DNA of 64,000 nucleotides from Curvularia clavata (GCA_023920165.1 CP089276.1:3534001-3598000); one strand, 5' to 3'. Shown: positions 49,749 to 64,000, numbered from the stretch's first letter. Notes: a model not told the origin generated them from the sequence alone. A program made the numbers and translations.

Positions 49749-52700
49749 TCAGTATATGCCTTGCGTGCGGTACTGGAAAGTATCGTAACTGCGATCCTTG
49801 TTAGCCAAACTTTTCTCAGCTATAAAGAGATAAGGTGGGATAAACTTACAGTCGGGTATAATAACTGCCAATACTCTTTGCAATAAGTTCCTCGACAAAG
49901 CCTTCAGCCTCTTCCCTGCTCAGATGCAGCATGAGCCTTGCACGCAAACTATTCGTGACACTAGCCGCCCCGGCAGCGAAACACGGCATACTGCTTTGCT
50001 TGCTCATGAGGTCGACCAGCATAATAAGCCGTTCGGCATCTTTTCTCAACGCTTGGAACGCCTTCTTGCACAGTGTTTTGAACTCTTCGAAAGCAGGTGC
50101 TCCGATTCCGCCAAGGACATCAACGTAGTCTTGTGTCAGTTTGAAAGGCGCGGCTTCAAAACCCATGGAGCCGGGTGAGTTAGACAACATGAAGCCAAAG
50201 TCGATGTGGATGATGTGGCCCATGTTGTCAATAAGGAGGTTGCCATTGTGACGATCTTTGAGCTGCAGTACGTAGCATATGATGCTGTAAGCGGCCAGTG
50301 AACGGCCAAAGGCCGCGACGCCTGCAATGTAGGCTTCCGAATCGGGGTCTCCAAAGGTCTTGAGCCAATGGTCCTTGAGAGTTGCTATGCGCTTCCGAGG
50401 GTTGGTGCCTGCGGCTATACTGGCAAGTGTCAAGCTTCGTTTGAGAGAGTGCAACGAGACGCCATTGGTAATCGTCTCAATGAGACCACAGGATTCGCCG
50501 GTAACGAGGATGCGCATACGTTTCGTCCAGACAGGCACCTTTGCTTCTTCCCAAATCTTGGCACACACCTCGATAAGTTGGCAAGCGAATGCCTCTTGCC
50601 GTAAATCCGCGCCCGTCTTGACAATGACACTGATCAAATCCCAGTTCTTCATATGACCATAAGGCGAGGACCGCCGTATACGCTCTCGCTTTGCGCTCCA
50701 TTCCTCTCCAAAAGTCGCCGCACTGGGATCGTCTCGGTCGCCCTTTCGCCGCATACCACCGGTCTTGAGATCGTTCTCCATACGAGCAGCACCTGCGCCT
50801 GGGTTAGGCGTGACCGCCAAGGCTTCATCAATGTCTTCTGGTTCTCCCGTGATGGCCGTTGGATCTGCTTCTGCCATAATGGTATCAAAAGTGGGGCCTT
50901 GTTCCTCGTTCAAGAAGTTTTGTTCCTCCAGGGATTGCATGCTAGCAATAATCTTGGCTTTGATCGCTGCTACTTCGCCCTTTGGCCTCTTTGCGCCGCT
51001 TGCCTCCAGTTGTGCAAGCATCTGAGCAGCAGTGCGCATGTGGGTTGCAAGGGCAGAAAAGTCGGGCTGATCGGCGGCTTGGTTTGGTCGATTCATGTTC
51101 GTAGAAATCGTCATCCTTCTGTTGGGGGCAGGGCTAACTGATCTACTAATCTGTGAGTCGGACGTCCGTGGTGTAGACAGGGTAGCTATCGACGATAGAG
51201 TATTGGCTCCACTCGAAGACCTTGGTGCTGTCGCTTTACCATCGGCTGTTGCAGCAGGCAGAGTCACTCGTGCTAATCCTGAGGCGATATCTGTCTCGTC
51301 CGCATCTTTGATCAGCGAAGTACTACCAAGGTCTCCCGTAATAGGCTCGAATACGCTGTCTGATCCATTCGGCGGAGTTCGGTCGTATGCAAGGTATTCG
51401 GCGTTGGTGATGTCAAAGAGACGCCGTCTTGAAGTACCCTTCTCTAGCATCAATTTCTCAAGCAGCTGCTGGTTTTGCTCCGTATCTGGATCGAAATCAA
51501 AGTCCTCTTCTAGCACCTCCACCATAAGCAGATATGGTACCCGCTCTGCACTGTTGAGGCTCGTGGCTTCGGCAGGGTTGATCCGCACTATTCGGTGATG
51601 TTGGCTTTGCGAAGGAATTCCGTCTTTCAGTGTTGGAGGCGATAATAATGGTATATCAACTTCGGCTGGCAAGTCCTGGTCTATCAACGCCAACTCGGCC
51701 CTTAGGGCGCTCAATCGTGCAGGTTTCGGTACTACGACCAAACGATTTGAGATGTCCTCGAGAGCACTCAGAAACTGGGTTTCATTCCGGAAATAATTGG
51801 ATCGCAATAGGCGTATTTTTTGTGCACGGGTAAGCGCAGTAGGCGACAGAGGTCTTGGTGGGTGTGACGAATGTTTGCGAGGACCAAGGTGCAGCGGACT
51901 TGGTCCTAAGCCAGCAGTTGCTGGAGGCGTTGGGAGAGGAGAGGTGTTGGCATCTCGAAAGTCGGGTAGCGATGATGAACTGAGGCGGGCTTCGGATGCC
52001 ACCAGTAACGAATGCCGTTGTGTTCCTGATGGTGTTCGTTGGGCTACAGGCGCCCGGATAGCCTGTTTCCTCAAATCCTTGGGGTCGCGCGGCTCGCGCG
52101 GGCGCTGCGAAGCTGGCCTAGCCGACCGTCCATCCTCGGGATCAGAATGTTGCTGTTGCTGGACTGCCCTCTTTTGCTTAGGCCTTGGCGACCCTCCTGT
52201 GACGGTCTTGCTTCTCCCCACCTTGGCCGTCTGCACATTGTCGGAGATGATGTCCTCGACGGGCCTCGGTTTCCGCGCCTGCGCGATAGCCAATGGCCCG
52301 GCATGAGCTGGTAGGAAAGGCGCCGCTATGCTCGCAAGGACTAGACTGGACAGCACGCTGACGGGCAATACGTTCTCCTTGATCTTCTCTCTCCGCGAGG
52401 GCTCGGCGGAGCCAAAGACGATGCGCTGTACACGATTGTAGATTCTCCGACAGGTCTTGAAAGCGATTGAATTCGGGGCACTTGCGAGGTCGTGAAGATA
52501 GGTCTGGAAGAGCCAAAAGGTCTACGGGCCATGTATTAGCACACGCTGCACCAGACTAACAAGACACGGTATCCGGAAGCCCCACCAGAAGCGCGCCGTT
52601 GACAGACTCCTCGCACAAGTCTATGATGAACTCCTCGAGGGCCATGGACTCATTGTCGATGCTGATGAGAAGGTGACATAGCCTATGGTGCCCCGCGTGT

Positions 52701-53032
52701 GTAAGCTAGCTGTTCATACGGTCGGTAGGTGGGTGATGGGCGCGGGCGACGTACTGCGGGAGGAAGAACTCGAGCTCCTCATAGGCAAACTGGCGCAGCT
52801 TGGAACAGAGCACATAGTGGATTCCGACGTGATCTGCATACCGGCTGTAGGCATTCGCATGTGTGTCAGCCAAAGGGGCTCGTCATGAATGCTGAGAGAG
52901 TAGGTAATCGGCAATAGGGCCGCTGCCGCTCGGAAGAGAGGTGGCCACTCACGCAAGGTATGCTACTGCAAGGCTCGGATCTTGGTTGAAGTGCTCAGAT
53001 TCTATAAAGCGCTCTAGCAGATTCCAACTCAT
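49749..53032 (-). CDS. PIK1: Phosphatidylinositol 4-kinase Pik1 (5 exons)
   Basis: MSWNLLERF, ELEFFLPQLCHL, IVKTGADLRQEAFA, LQLKDRHNGN, IHIDFGF, YDTFQYRTQGIY. Confidence 0.96.
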
Positions 53033-53564
53033 CTGGGACGGCTCATTGAGGCACTGTACGGGTGGAGGGCGGCGGCATGCGGTGAAATGCTCAAAAGGGT
53101 CTCATGAGGAAAGATGGGGCGCCGAACAGGGTTCAGCGCGGCGGAGATGAGCTGCTCCGCCGCCCTAGTCGATAAGATTGCAGCTAACAATGTCAACGCC
53201 GCCTAGAGTTAAAGGTACCATTACTTTGTGAGCAGACTACTGCCTCCTATCTGTGTAGCCGGATTTCTGCTTGGCCGCAGTATGACAGTGTGTATTTGCC
53301 CAAGTGGTTACTTTTTGGGGAAGAAAAAATAAAATAAAAATCCAACTGCGCTAGAATCCTCCATATGAACGAATCCTTGGATGTCTAGCTGATACACGTC
53401 TGACACCGAACGACTTTGAACGCCATCCCATTGACCCGTTCAACTGTTGCTCCAAACGCCTATTATTTATGCCGCGCAGCAAAATTGAATATCGTACACA
53501 GCCACAGCAAAGGAAAGGTAGCAGCAAAAAGGCAATGTACGCAGTTCAGGACCTGCTGGAGACA

Positions 53565-55177
53565 TCAGTCTGCAGCCTGCAGATCAACGAAGATGTTGAT
53601 TGCAGCGACGAGAACTTCTGCAAAAATCAGAATAATAACAATCCACTCGAGCAATTCACCCTGTATCTCGTAGTCAGCAAAGTGTATTCCAAAACGTGTA
53701 TCACGACCAAGGTTCAACTTACATGTGTTACAGTCAACTGATCCTTGAGCACAGCAAGCAGATCACCAATGACGTTCAGCCTCTCGGTCAAGAGACTGAC
53801 GCGCTGGTCCATTTCTAGATAGCTTCTCACAGCCTGGTAGACCGGATCCAGCTGCGGCTCAGCCCACATGAGTTCGGGGGCATCAAGGACTGAGCCCTGC
53901 AAGTGTATACTGATTCGGAGAATGAACAACTCTCCAATCTGCATGTTGATTTGCTTCTTGTTAAGATTGATTTTACCCGAGCTCGCAATCTCGGCCGGAA
54001 TATCTTTGGTTTCGTCAATAGTGTTGTCGACCAAGTCTTCGAAGAGTGATGTCTTGACACTCTGAGATAGGCCGTGACTGATGGCAAGCTTAATCATGTA
54101 GTTTTTCTTATCGCGCAGACTGATAAAGTCGTTGTATATCCGCGCCTGGTATTCGCGGGTGTAGTAGAAGTTAAACTCCTCCGTCTCAATCTCGTCTTTG
54201 CCGAGCTTGTCCACCTCAAACTTGGCAATCTCCTTGAGAAACCTCTTCTCTTCCTGGAGCGTCATGCCCCATATGACAACGGTGCCGTATTCGAAGAGAA
54301 AGACCTCTGGGGTGTGTACGCGCGTGTCGAAATCCGGTGTGTCCATGGGCGGGTCCGAGTCGGCATGAGTGATAGATGGACGCCTCGGGCTAGCGACTTG
54401 GTCGTTGGCCATTTCAGGCGCATCGCCTCCGTCGTGCAAGTCAATGATATCTTGTCGCCTCCGCTCGTTCTCGTGTTCCACCTCAATTGCGCTGTCCGAG
54501 AATCTTCTTGGCCTTTCCTCTGGACGCCCTTCTATTACGGCCGTACTAGTGACGTCCTCTGGGCCCGTTTTCGAGCCATAGTTGTAAGGCGAGTATATAC
54601 ACTCATCGAACCGCTTGGGCAAAGCGCCTCTTGTCTTTTGCTTTCCCTTGAGAAATCGCATCATCTCGTCGAGTTTGTAAGAAGCAGCTGTGCAGTATGC
54701 CGTCACCCTAGGTAGCCGCTCTCGGTCTGCCTTTCCAAGCCTGGCAGCATCTCTCCTTGCCGTGGGATCTTTGATGCGCGTGTATTGCACGTAGACGTCG
54801 CGTCCGCTCTCCTCGTCTTCGGCCTCATCAGCAGCCGGATCGGGGAGAAGCTTCAGTTTCTGGGCGGTCCTCGTCGTTCTTTGCGGCCCAATCTTGGGCA
54901 CCGGAGCAGGAGGTATCCGCGCAGGCGCGCCGGAACTATTTCTTCGTCGCAACTTGCTGTTCAATGTTGACAGCATTGGCTGCCCGCCTTGGGTCGTGGC
55001 AGCATGTCCTGACGAGGACGCGCTGTGGGAAACGGAGCGAGACTGGACAGGTTTTGGGCTGGTGGACATGACGGTTGGATTGAAGGTGACGGTGCGCTGA
55101 GGCTTGTGAGGCGTTGGTCGGCTTGAGCTCGACATTGACGACACCAGAGGCGTCGTTTCCGTAGCCTGTGACGCCAT
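53565..55177 (-). CDS. RMD1: DUF155 Rmd1/Sif2-like protein (intron 53722-53661)
   Basis: LPRVTAYCTA, FLFEYGTVVIWGM, KLAISHGLSQSVK, YLEMDQRV, terminal LEWIVIILIFAE TM. Confidence 0.9.
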
Positions 55178-55757
55178 GTCGACTGGTGTGTATGCGCTTG
55201 AGGTAGAGTTGGCTGTCAACAACGGATAGGTAAACGGCGATGGACGATGAAAATGATACAATGGCCGATCTCGAATCCCTCGAGCGCCAGAGTGACGGCG
55301 TTAGTGGTGTGACGAGTGGCAGACGCGGAAGCTGCTTGCTTCACTGAGACTTCGAAGCCATGACGTTGTAAGGATCTTAGCTTTCGCCTAACGGCACGGA
55401 CGGGGTCCACGTGCAAGTGAACGACCGCAACGTGCAGCACCGTTAAAAACCAACTTCAAGGATGTTGCGCAACAGTCTAGAGGCGTTGTGGCTTATGTTG
55501 GCCGTTTTTGAGCATGGAATGGCCCCCTTCCCAGTGCGAACAGGTTATCGTGCTCCTGAGGCCTGCATGAGGATTGCGCAATAACGCATCTCGGCTTGAT
55601 CTGGATAGGTCTGACGGCGCGTAATAGCTCGCAGTCTACGGCAACAAGCTTTGGTGATTATCCGATTTGCGAAAAGGGCCGTTTGGAGTACACGCAGCCC
55701 AATAGTAGGTGTAGTAGGTAGAAACTGATGTTATTAAGTACAGAATAAAAATATTAA

Positions 55758-57461
55758 CTACAACTCCATAACTTCAGCCTCGTTCTTGAGGCCTTCAACT
55801 TGGTCATCTTTTGATACAACAACCCAGTCGTCTTTCAATTCAGGCGCCTTGGGCTTGGGTTCCTGCTGCGTGATGCCCACCTCGCCGAGCATATAGCGTC
55901 CAAAATACAAAAGTGCATCGAGCATCTCCTCTCCTGTGGGTATGATGTTCTCCTTGGGTAGTAGGAACCCATAACTGCCAGTGTCTCTCAGCTTGACCTG
56001 GTACGAATACTTGACCCTCATCTCGTGGTAGAAAAAGTCGAGCGCACTGCCGCCCGCCGACTCAATGCGTGGGAACACGGTCTTCTTGTTGTTCGCAAAG
56101 GCGACATTGCCTTCGCATGCAGAGGTGACCTTGTAGGTCTGGCCTTTACGGGAGACACGGATAGCCTTTGCCAAGCCCAAGGCGAGTTCCTCGAGGTCTT
56201 CAATGGCTGGCGGCTCCTCGTCGCAAGAGTAGCTATATGGATACAGGATCTGCTGCGAGTACGAGTGCAGATCCAAGAATCCCACAAGTTCTACATTGTT
56301 ATTTTCAGTCTCGTTCCTGGCCCATGCAGCGAAGCGTTCTGCTTCGACGGCCTCGAATGGCGCATCGCCAGGGAATGATTCACTGCAGGGGTTTGCCTGC
56401 GCCGTCTCGCCGTCCCACATGTATGGATAGCTGCGGTCGAGATCGACGCCGTTGCAGAAGCGCAGCCTAGTGGGCTGGCGATTCTTGCGCCACAGACGGT
56501 CCGTCTCCCATGTGTAGACATAGCCGTCCGGGTTCAGTGTGGGGATGAATACAAAATCAAACTCTTCCAACAGGCGCGTCATTTCGCGGTCCTTTCCATA
56601 GGCATTGATGAAGCTCCAGGCTAGGTAGTTGACTGTGCTAGTCGATATCCACTCGCGGGCGTGTATGCCGCCGGTGACGAGGATTGTCTTTCGGGGCTGC
56701 GACGGCTCATCGTCGTTGGTCGGATGCACACCGACGCGCAGAGCGGGAATGTCACGGCCTTGGTAACTGGTTCCAACATTGATGCGGCGGACATGGGTGG
56801 TGAACATGGAGGCCATGAGGCTCATCCATGGATTGATGACGGACAGGGGCTGGTAGTCCTGAAAGAAGATGTGGCCTTTGCCCGCTCGCGGGGAGGGACG
56901 AAGGTTCGGGGAGAAGCGGTCGCCATGGTGGGGTGTGGCTGTATCGACCGAGGGATAAGTGTTGAAGATTGCCTGGGCGAGGCCGAGGTCCTGCAGGAGA
57001 GGCTCGTGGGAGTGCTGGAGCGATTGGGGGAGCAGGGCGAGGAGGGAAGACACGACGTCCTTGGAGATGCGCACATCGGCCCAGTCGTGATTGAACTCCC
57101 ACACGTCGAGGAAGAGGATGTCTGCCGCCTTTGCCAATGCCGCGGCCTCGTCCGAGGAGCGGATCTTGAACCTCAAGACGACTTCATCGCTATACTGGGC
57201 GGCCAGCTTATCGCCCAGGGGGTTGGCGGCGGCGGGCCGCTTATCGCAGCGCGGGCTCTTGTGGTCGGCGGGGAGTGCCCATATCCTGCGTATAATGGCG
57301 TCGGACAGCCTGCGCCATGGTCGTGGTGACGCGTTGTGGGTCGAGTGATAGGTGCCTGCAGCATCGTACGGGAGCGGCGCCGTTGCGTCGTGCGGGGCGG
57401 CCGTTGCCAGCGAGGGCGCCAGGCACAGCAGGCTGATTGCAGCAAGCGTGGGCCGGCGCAT
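55758..57461 (-). CDS. ECM14: Ecm14 M14 metallocarboxypeptidase-like protein
   Basis: Signal peptide, propeptide [53 protein letters not shown]. Confidence 0.95.
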   Translation of the reverse strand: MRRPTLAAISLLCLAPSLATAAPHDATAPLPYDAAGTYHSTHNASPRPWRRLSDAIIRRIWALPADHKSPRCDKRPAAANPLGDKLAAQYSDEVVLRFKIRSSDEAAALAKAADILFLDVWEFNHDWADVRISKDVVSSLLALLPQSLQHSHEPLLQDLGLAQAIFNTYPSVDTATPHHGDRFSPNLRPSPRAGKGHIFFQDYQPLSVINPWMSLMASMFTTHVRRINVGTSYQGRDIPALRVGVHPTNDDEPSQPRKTILVTGGIHAREWISTSTVNYLAWSFINAYGKDREMTRLLEEFDFVFIPTLNPDGYVYTWETDRLWRKNRQPTRLRFCNGVDLDRSYPYMWDGETAQANPCSESFPGDAPFEAVEAERFAAWARNETENNNVELVGFLDLHSYSQQILYPYSYSCDEEPPAIEDLEELALGLAKAIRVSRKGQTYKVTSACEGNVAFANNKKTVFPRIESAGGSALDFFYHEMRVKYSYQVKLRDTGSYGFLLPKENIIPTGEEMLDALLYFGRYMLGEVGITQQEPKPKAPELKDDWVVVSKDDQVEGLKNEAEVMEL

Positions 57462-58128
57462 GGCGAGGGTGCAGTGTTGGTGGCCCAGCTGCAGAGCAGA
57501 GGGCGAGTGGGCGAGGCGACGCGTTGGGCGGGGAAAAAGACGGGCTTGGTGGTGGGTGGACGTCTATCTACTTAGTTGCTAGTTGGCTGTCAGCCTATCC
57601 TGTCCGCCCGTCGGCCAGGCGCTCTCCAGGTGCCGGGCCGGGGCACAACGTGGGTGTGGGGCGGGGCTGACTAATGTGGCTGGCGGTGTGGCTGACAAGA
57701 GGCCAGAGCAGCGTTAGGCGGCGGCCTCTCCACCGCGCTGCACAAAGAGTACCAGTGCGCGCGACAACAGCACCGCATGCCCGTCGGCCTGGCGTCCTTC
57801 ACCCTCCCCCTAAAACAGCCCAAAGAAAAAAACCCGCCCCTGTGACGTCGCCTGCCCCTCTGCGCCCGCCCGACTACGCGTGCATCCGTCGTGCCCAGTC
57901 TCGAGTCCGCCTGTGCCAGCATCATTCCGTAGTCCAGCCTTACATACCGCTGACCCCCCTACACAAGACAACACCGCCCAGCACACATCAGCATACCCTC
58001 TCTCACCCACACACGCCCTCATCCACGGCCCCGGCCACGCCCGCGCCCTGCCCCTCGTTCTGCTGTGCCATGTGCCGCATCGTGACGCAATTCCTGCCTT
58101 CATGAGCTGCTAGTCGGCGCGAGCAGCC

Positions 58129-61100
58129 ATGCCTCTGCGCTCCATCCGCCCGAACCGCAGCGACCGAGACCTCAAGCGGCGGAGCACCCTCGATCCTGCT
58201 GGCCTCTTCAGGCGCGCCGACAAGGACTCGCGCTTCAACAAGTCGAGCGAGAACCTGGAGCCCGCCCGCGTCGCCGCCTCGGAAGATGGCTACCGTCCAA
58301 CCTCGTCCGACATGGCGCGGCCCTCGACGGCCTACGACGATGACCCCCCGCCCTCTCCCCCGGTGCAGCAGCACACGCCCAACACCAGGCGCTTCAGCTT
58401 GATGCGCTTCCGCCATGCCTCGGACTCGCAGCTCTCCGCCCGGGCAAAGGAGCACGCCCACCAGCACGACCACGACGACGCACCGCCTGTCCCCGCCGTG
58501 CCCGCGACCCCTGCCAGTACGTACAACCACCGCCAGTCCTCGCGTGATACCGTACTGATGTAGACTCGTAACAGCCCCCGCCATCATCACCACCGCACCC
58601 ACCGTGACCGACCAAGAAGACGATGCCAAGCCCACGCCCACTCCCAAGAGGAGCCGTATGCAGCAGCTCGCTCTGCGACGACGCTCTTTCGACCCCAGCC
58701 TAGCCGAGAAGCCCATTACCCTGCGCAAGTCCATGGAAAGGAAGCGGAGGCCACTGGGCTTCGGAAAGGGCAACACCGCTCACGATGACCACAGTGACCC
58801 ATCCATCCACAGCAGGCAGCGCCGGCCAGACATGCTTGCTGATCCACGCGAATCTGTCGAAAGTACGAGTTCCTTGGCCCCTCCTGCCACCAGAGCATCC
58901 GAGTCCTCTAGGTCAGACGGAAGCTCCGGCGGCCACGTCTCCTTCGAGAACCCTCAACGACCCAGCCACCCGCCCCGGACAGGCACCGGACGTTTTACCT
59001 TTGGTCGTCGGAAACAACGCGCATCACTATTCCCCTTACCCGCAAAGGTCGAGCCCCCGCAGTTCCCGGACACTGCGCCTGCTACCCCACGTGCCTCGAC
59101 CGGCGGAAGGAGTTCGGTCTCTACCCATCATTCGCCGTCGGATAGTCCGCCGTTGACTGCGCGCCGAGTTGAGGATGGAGAATCAGGGCCACAGACGTCG
59201 CCTGTCCCTCTTCCACCGCAAGTTGCTCTGGCTGTTGGCGCTCTGAACTTGGCCTCACCCGGTTCAGGCACTCTTCTTCGCAACGATTCATACAGATCCA
59301 CTCGCTCCGCTCATTCTTCAGGAAACACCAATGCCCCAACGCGCCTGGGGCTTCGAGGGCGCTCGTCGACAATGGGTTCATACGACGCGCGCTCTGAAGA
59401 TGCCGGATCACCCACGCCGCCCGGAGGCCCTAGTGGCAGGACTTCGATATCGACCGCGGGAAGGAGTAGCTTCAGCAATCTGTTTGGCCTCGGATCACGA
59501 TTCCGTCAGAACTCCGAGCCGCACTCACCCAGGCATGGCGCATCTGCTCACAGTTTTCTAGGGAACTCTGCCTTGTCGTCTCATCAGAATTCCATGAACA
59601 TTAGCCGAGAAACATTGATTCTGCCAGAGCGCGAAGAGGGCGAGACTCCAGGAAGATACCTTGAACGAATCGAGGCAAACAACTTTGACAAGAGCGTTGT
59701 TGCTAGCTACCTCAGCAAGACTGATGACCCCTTTCTGCTCGCCGTTCTGCGAAGTTACATGCGCAAGTTTGCTTTCTTTGGTGATCCCATCGACATGGCC
59801 ATACGCAAACTGCTCATGCAGGTTGAGCTTCCAAAGGAGACCCAACAGATCGACCGCGTCCTCCAGGGCTTCGCTGACCGCTACCACGAGTGCAATCCCG
59901 GCATCTACATCAACACAGGTAACACCATCTGTCAACCCATAACACGTCCATCCTTTCTGACCTTCTACAGACAAAGCGTACTTTATATCCTTCTCCATCA
60001 TTATTCTCCACACCGACTTCTTCAACAAGAACAACAAACGAAAAATGCAGAGACCCGACTACATCAAAAACTCATCTTGTGAAGGTGTCTCCGCTGATGT
60101 CTTGGGCTGCTTCTATGACAACATTGTCTACACTCCCTTCATTCACATTGACGATGAAGTCGACCTAAAGAATATTACTTTGAAGAAAAGCAAGCGGACA
60201 GCTGTGCTCAAGGGACCGATAAACGATCCGGCGAGAAAGGCTGCCAAAGAACCAATCGATCCCTACACATTAATCTTCGAGGGCAAGCTTGACGCGCTTC
60301 GCCCAACTATCCGAGACGTGATGCAGTTGGACGACCCCTACAACTACACCGGAACAGCCGCCACACTGGATACTAAAAATATCTACAAGTTGTTCTCAAG
60401 GTACGGTGTGATTCAGATTGTGTCTTCCAGATCGAGGCCGGAAGCCTTCATGTCAGAAGCTGCCCAGGAGAACCCGCTCGGTACGTCAGTAGGAATTGTG
60501 GAGATGCCTGTCACCAAAGTCGGAATCCTATGGCGGAAAGACACAAAGAAGAAGAAAGCACGCTCACCGTGGCAAGAATGGGGCGCTGTGCTGACACGAT
60601 CGGGATTGTCATTGTTCCGCAATTCTACGTGGACGAGGAATCTGATGAGCCAACACGAGCAACATCTGAAACGTGGCGAAAGCGGTCCTGTCATATTTCA
60701 GCCAGCGCTGCCAGACTTCAAACAAGACCACGTCATACCAATGGATGGAGCTGTCGCTCTTGTTGACAACACCTACAAGAAACATAAAAACGCTTTTGTC
60801 ATGTTCTCAAAGGCAGGAGAGGAAACGTTTTTAGCTGACAGTGAGAAGGATCTGAATGAATGGCTGGGTGTGTTGAACTACACTGCTGCATTCGAGACCC
60901 TTGGTGTTAGTTCCAGAGGCATGATGGGCGGACTATACGAAGGGCAGAAGAATCGAGGCATGCGGCGTCTGGAGTCTTCACATTCCACCAGGACAGTGCC
61001 TACCTCCACTGATGAGGTGCCAATCCAGAGTGGGAAGATTGATAGCCAGTTTGCACAGCAGCAGATGAATGCCCGGAAAGACCTTATGCAAGTCCGGATA

Positions 61101-62540
61101 TCGGAATCCGAGGATAGGCTCACGTCAGCCATCAAAGAGCTGGAGGCACGCCTGAGAGACGCAAGGCATCTCCAGATCCTTGCACCTATCCAACCAAAAA
61201 CTCGAGAGCATATCATCCATGCCGCAGGGGTCTTGTCAGCTAAACTCAAGTGGACCCGTATCGAGATTTGGCGGATGAAGTGTCATCGTGATATCCTGGC
61301 TCAGGAATTAGAAGACGAAAGGCAAGGGGCAATGGACAGACAAGCACAGCCTGATCGATCTCCGGAGGTTCAGCAGCCGCAGCCTTCCCCACAGCAATCT
61401 CACAGAGCGTCCAAACTTAACGGCTTATCGAGGTTGACTTCAAAGACCAGTTCACTGGCCAGCGGAAACAAGCCACCACCGTCACCTGGCTTATCAATTC
61501 GACCAGGAACCAAGTCGTCGAGGGAAACTGAATTCGGAGGAGGAGAAGATGCATTCAAAACGCCGCCAGAAACATCTCGGCAATCCAGCCCCAACGATCC
61601 GTCTGGTCATTTCCATGCGGCGCCATTTTCAATAAGCCCCACAACATCAGACCGTCGCAGTTCGTTCGCAAGCTCTTCTGCGCGTTCTCCGTCCTACAAT
61701 CTTGGTCACCGGCCATCTGTATCGACCACAGGTGATGGCACGGCGGAATCTGATGACGATTCTGATTCTGAGAACGGGTCTCACTACGCCACACCACCTC
61801 CTGGCGAGGCAGCAAACTTGGATCCCAAGTCAATAGAAATATCCCCCACAGACACAACTCGACCTGAGGCTGTCCTTGATTCCGACGGCGACCAAGCACT
61901 TGCTGCTTTGGCAGGCTCGCCTAGGTCCCACAATAGACAGAGAAGAAGCTTGCACCGCACTCTCCGAGAGTCACGTGGTAGCTCTTCACATCGTCGTGGT
62001 CACAAGAGCAGAGATTCTGCATCAACGATAACTAGTGACACTACTGAAAGTGAGGGGCTGGCACGTGGCAAGGGTAGCTTCACCGTCCACGGCAAAAAAG
62101 CATCTGTCATTCAGTTTGGTCCTGATTGGCAAAACATGACGGCAGAAGAGCGTCTCAAGACTAAGAAGCAGCTCCAGGAAGCCGCCGGGACGGCATCTGC
62201 GGATGAGAAAGATGGCAGCATTGCTAGCAGTGGTGCAGGTGCACCTGTATGGTCTCCCGGAAGTGACAACAACGACCCCTTTGCCATCCGAAAACTATCA
62301 GCGGACACGACAAGGCAGCGGCACGTATCATCTCAGACAATCACCCCCGCGAACTTTCGTGAATCGTTCAAGATCGAAGAGTCTGACTCGGATAGTGCCC
62401 CATCGGACATGAGTGATATTGCTGAAGAGTCGACGCCGCATCAACGATCGCCCGACGACCAGCATGCCACCAAAGCCAAGAGCCCCATTGATGAGCACAT
62501 CGAGCGGTCTACGCAGAGTCCTGTGACGACTGCAACTTAA
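58129..62540 (+). CDS. Sec7 + PH domain Arf-GEF (Syt1-like); introns 58517-58574 and 59919-59970
   Basis: LPKETQQIDRVLQGFADRY glutamic-finger motif, ILHTDFFNKNNKRKM, PH-like KVGILWRK..WQEWGAVLT..LNEWL. Confidence 0.9.
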
Positions 62541-63798
62541 TTCCAATTCGTTTATACCTTCTTGCATTCTTTTGGATTTCAAAAGTGGTTTTACAGCATG
62601 CTAGCATTGCTACAGCGGGTTCCCGTTTCTCCTTTGTCAGCTTTATATACTTTTCCAAGGGCTTAGATGCACCTTCACATCCAGCATGGCGCACTTGGGC
62701 ATCGGGCTGAAACGCAGCAGGGGGGGCGCGTTATATGCATAGACGGACACTTGGATGACGGCGTTCTCTTGAGCACAGGGCCCATTCACCGCAGACCGAG
62801 GTAATGGGATTGTGCGCATGACTGATACCAGTGTGAATGATGTGGTGTATTGTTCAAGGTATTGTGTAGTGAAGAAGATTTGATCAGTCGTCTGCAATGC
62901 ACGTGTGTAATAGATGCTTCGGGGTTCAGTTTAGTTGTGCGTATCAAGACCAACGGCGGTAGGGATACACTGGTGTACTTTAGAACAACCGCGCATTATC
63001 TCTCATTTCCACACTTGTGCCTGGCCGCCCACTCTCCGCGCCACATCTCCTACATCCAAGCCACCGCCCGCCTTGCCACGAGATCAAAATCATACATGCG
63101 ATGCTCCTTCCCGCCAAACCTCACACGCCAATCTTACAAGCTATCCCGTATGTGGCCTTGTAGCATTGAAGCACTACAGCCGTCTACCCGAGTCCCTTCC
63201 CCCTTCTCCTCTTAAACACCAGGCGGCCAAGGCATACAAGTTTCGCATGCAACAAAGTCCCTTGCCTGTTTCCGGAGGCATCGAACAAGGCACAATACCC
63301 TTATTGGTGCGGAAACCGAACCTGTTCGGCGACAGGGTATACAATGGGGTGCTTGGCGAGGTGGTGGTAGGATAAGCGAACCACTGGGGTGGAGTCCAAC
63401 CGTTGGTCTCAAACCCGGAGTGTCGCGGCACTTCAAACGTCAGATGGGGATTGTGTCAACGAGCTCACGATGATACAGGGACAGGAGTTTTTGCGTGCCT
63501 TGTTATCCGTTTTTTCTCGCGCGCTTAAGGCATTAGCATGACTTTGCTAAGGTGTTGGTTGTTTGTATATAAGAATGGCGATTAAGCATGTCCGCTGATC
63601 TTTTGCTTGCTTCAGTGTTTTGATATAATCACTGTTTCTATCTATCCATCTCTCTCTCTCTTCGTTTTTCAGTCGTTACTACCCCTCCGGCTAGGGCTTA
63701 AGCTTCCATTCTTTACATCTTTGTTATTTTCGGTATAACCAAGACATTTTATTCTTTACATCCTTTAAACGACTACTTTATTTTCTAAAGAAAAGAAA

Positions 63799-64000
63799 AT
63801 GCACGCCAACGTCCTCACCACTCTCGCGCTCTTCGGCAGCCTCGCCAGCGCCCTGCCGGCAACCGACCTGGTCGCCCGTCAAGCCAAACCGTGCTTCATC
63901 GTCGGCAACCAGCAGCTTCCCGCCGAAACCAGCACCGTGGTGAACCAAATCCAAGGCGGCATCACCTGCAACGCCAACGCCAAAACCATCGACAACGTCC
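63799..64000 (+). CDS. Secreted protein, 5' part only (runs off window)
   Basis: MHANVLTTLALFGSLASALPATDLVARQAKPCFIVGNQQLP...ITC...TIDNV; signal peptide; strongly GC3-biased codons. Confidence 0.8.
   Translation, partial: MHANVLTTLALFGSLASALPATDLVARQAKPCFIVGNQQLPAETSTVVNQIQGGITCNANAKTIDNV

Noticed and set aside
55595..55607. CTTGATCTGGATA resembling part of a TPP riboswitch core
   Set aside because: The following ATACCAGCG-type segment is missing, there is no matching P2/P3 CTGAGA context, and neighbouring genes are unrelated to thiamine
62850..63436. Short ORFs after the Sec7 gene
   Set aside because: No recognisable domain or coding bias

Overview
Intron-rich eukaryotic DNA from a filamentous ascomycete (probably Dothideomycetes/Pleosporales, inferred from gene content and intron style). 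About 28 protein-coding genes were reconstructed by joining exons at GT-AG introns by hand. Conserved genes include calmodulin, Tlg2-like syntaxin, RPS24, Efm3/FAM86 methyltransferase, Vps72/YL1, Jsn1/Puf2, Atg3, Pol X, Rrp45, Cwc15, Pik1, Rmd1-like, Ecm14 and a Sec7-PH GEF. Secreted or accessory genes include cerato-platanin, a cupredoxin-like GPI protein, an ankyrin protein and small secreted proteins. Points of most interest: (1) two ORF-poor, self-complementary 1.2-1.3 kb blocks (~2.0-3.4 kb and ~18.2-19.5 kb) with minus-strand splice signals, candidate structured lncRNAs or a micro-ORF gene; (2) a tandem pair of IFI27/ISG12-like small membrane protein genes; (3) a dual-UAAU Puf2-type element overlapping the start codon of the Puf2/Jsn1 gene itself; (4) a decayed pogo/Fot1-like transposase abutting an ankyrin gene; (5) a relic of an SF1 helicase; (6) stop-generating CAG-TAG tandem acceptors. 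All calls are from visual pattern recognition; no database searches were run.
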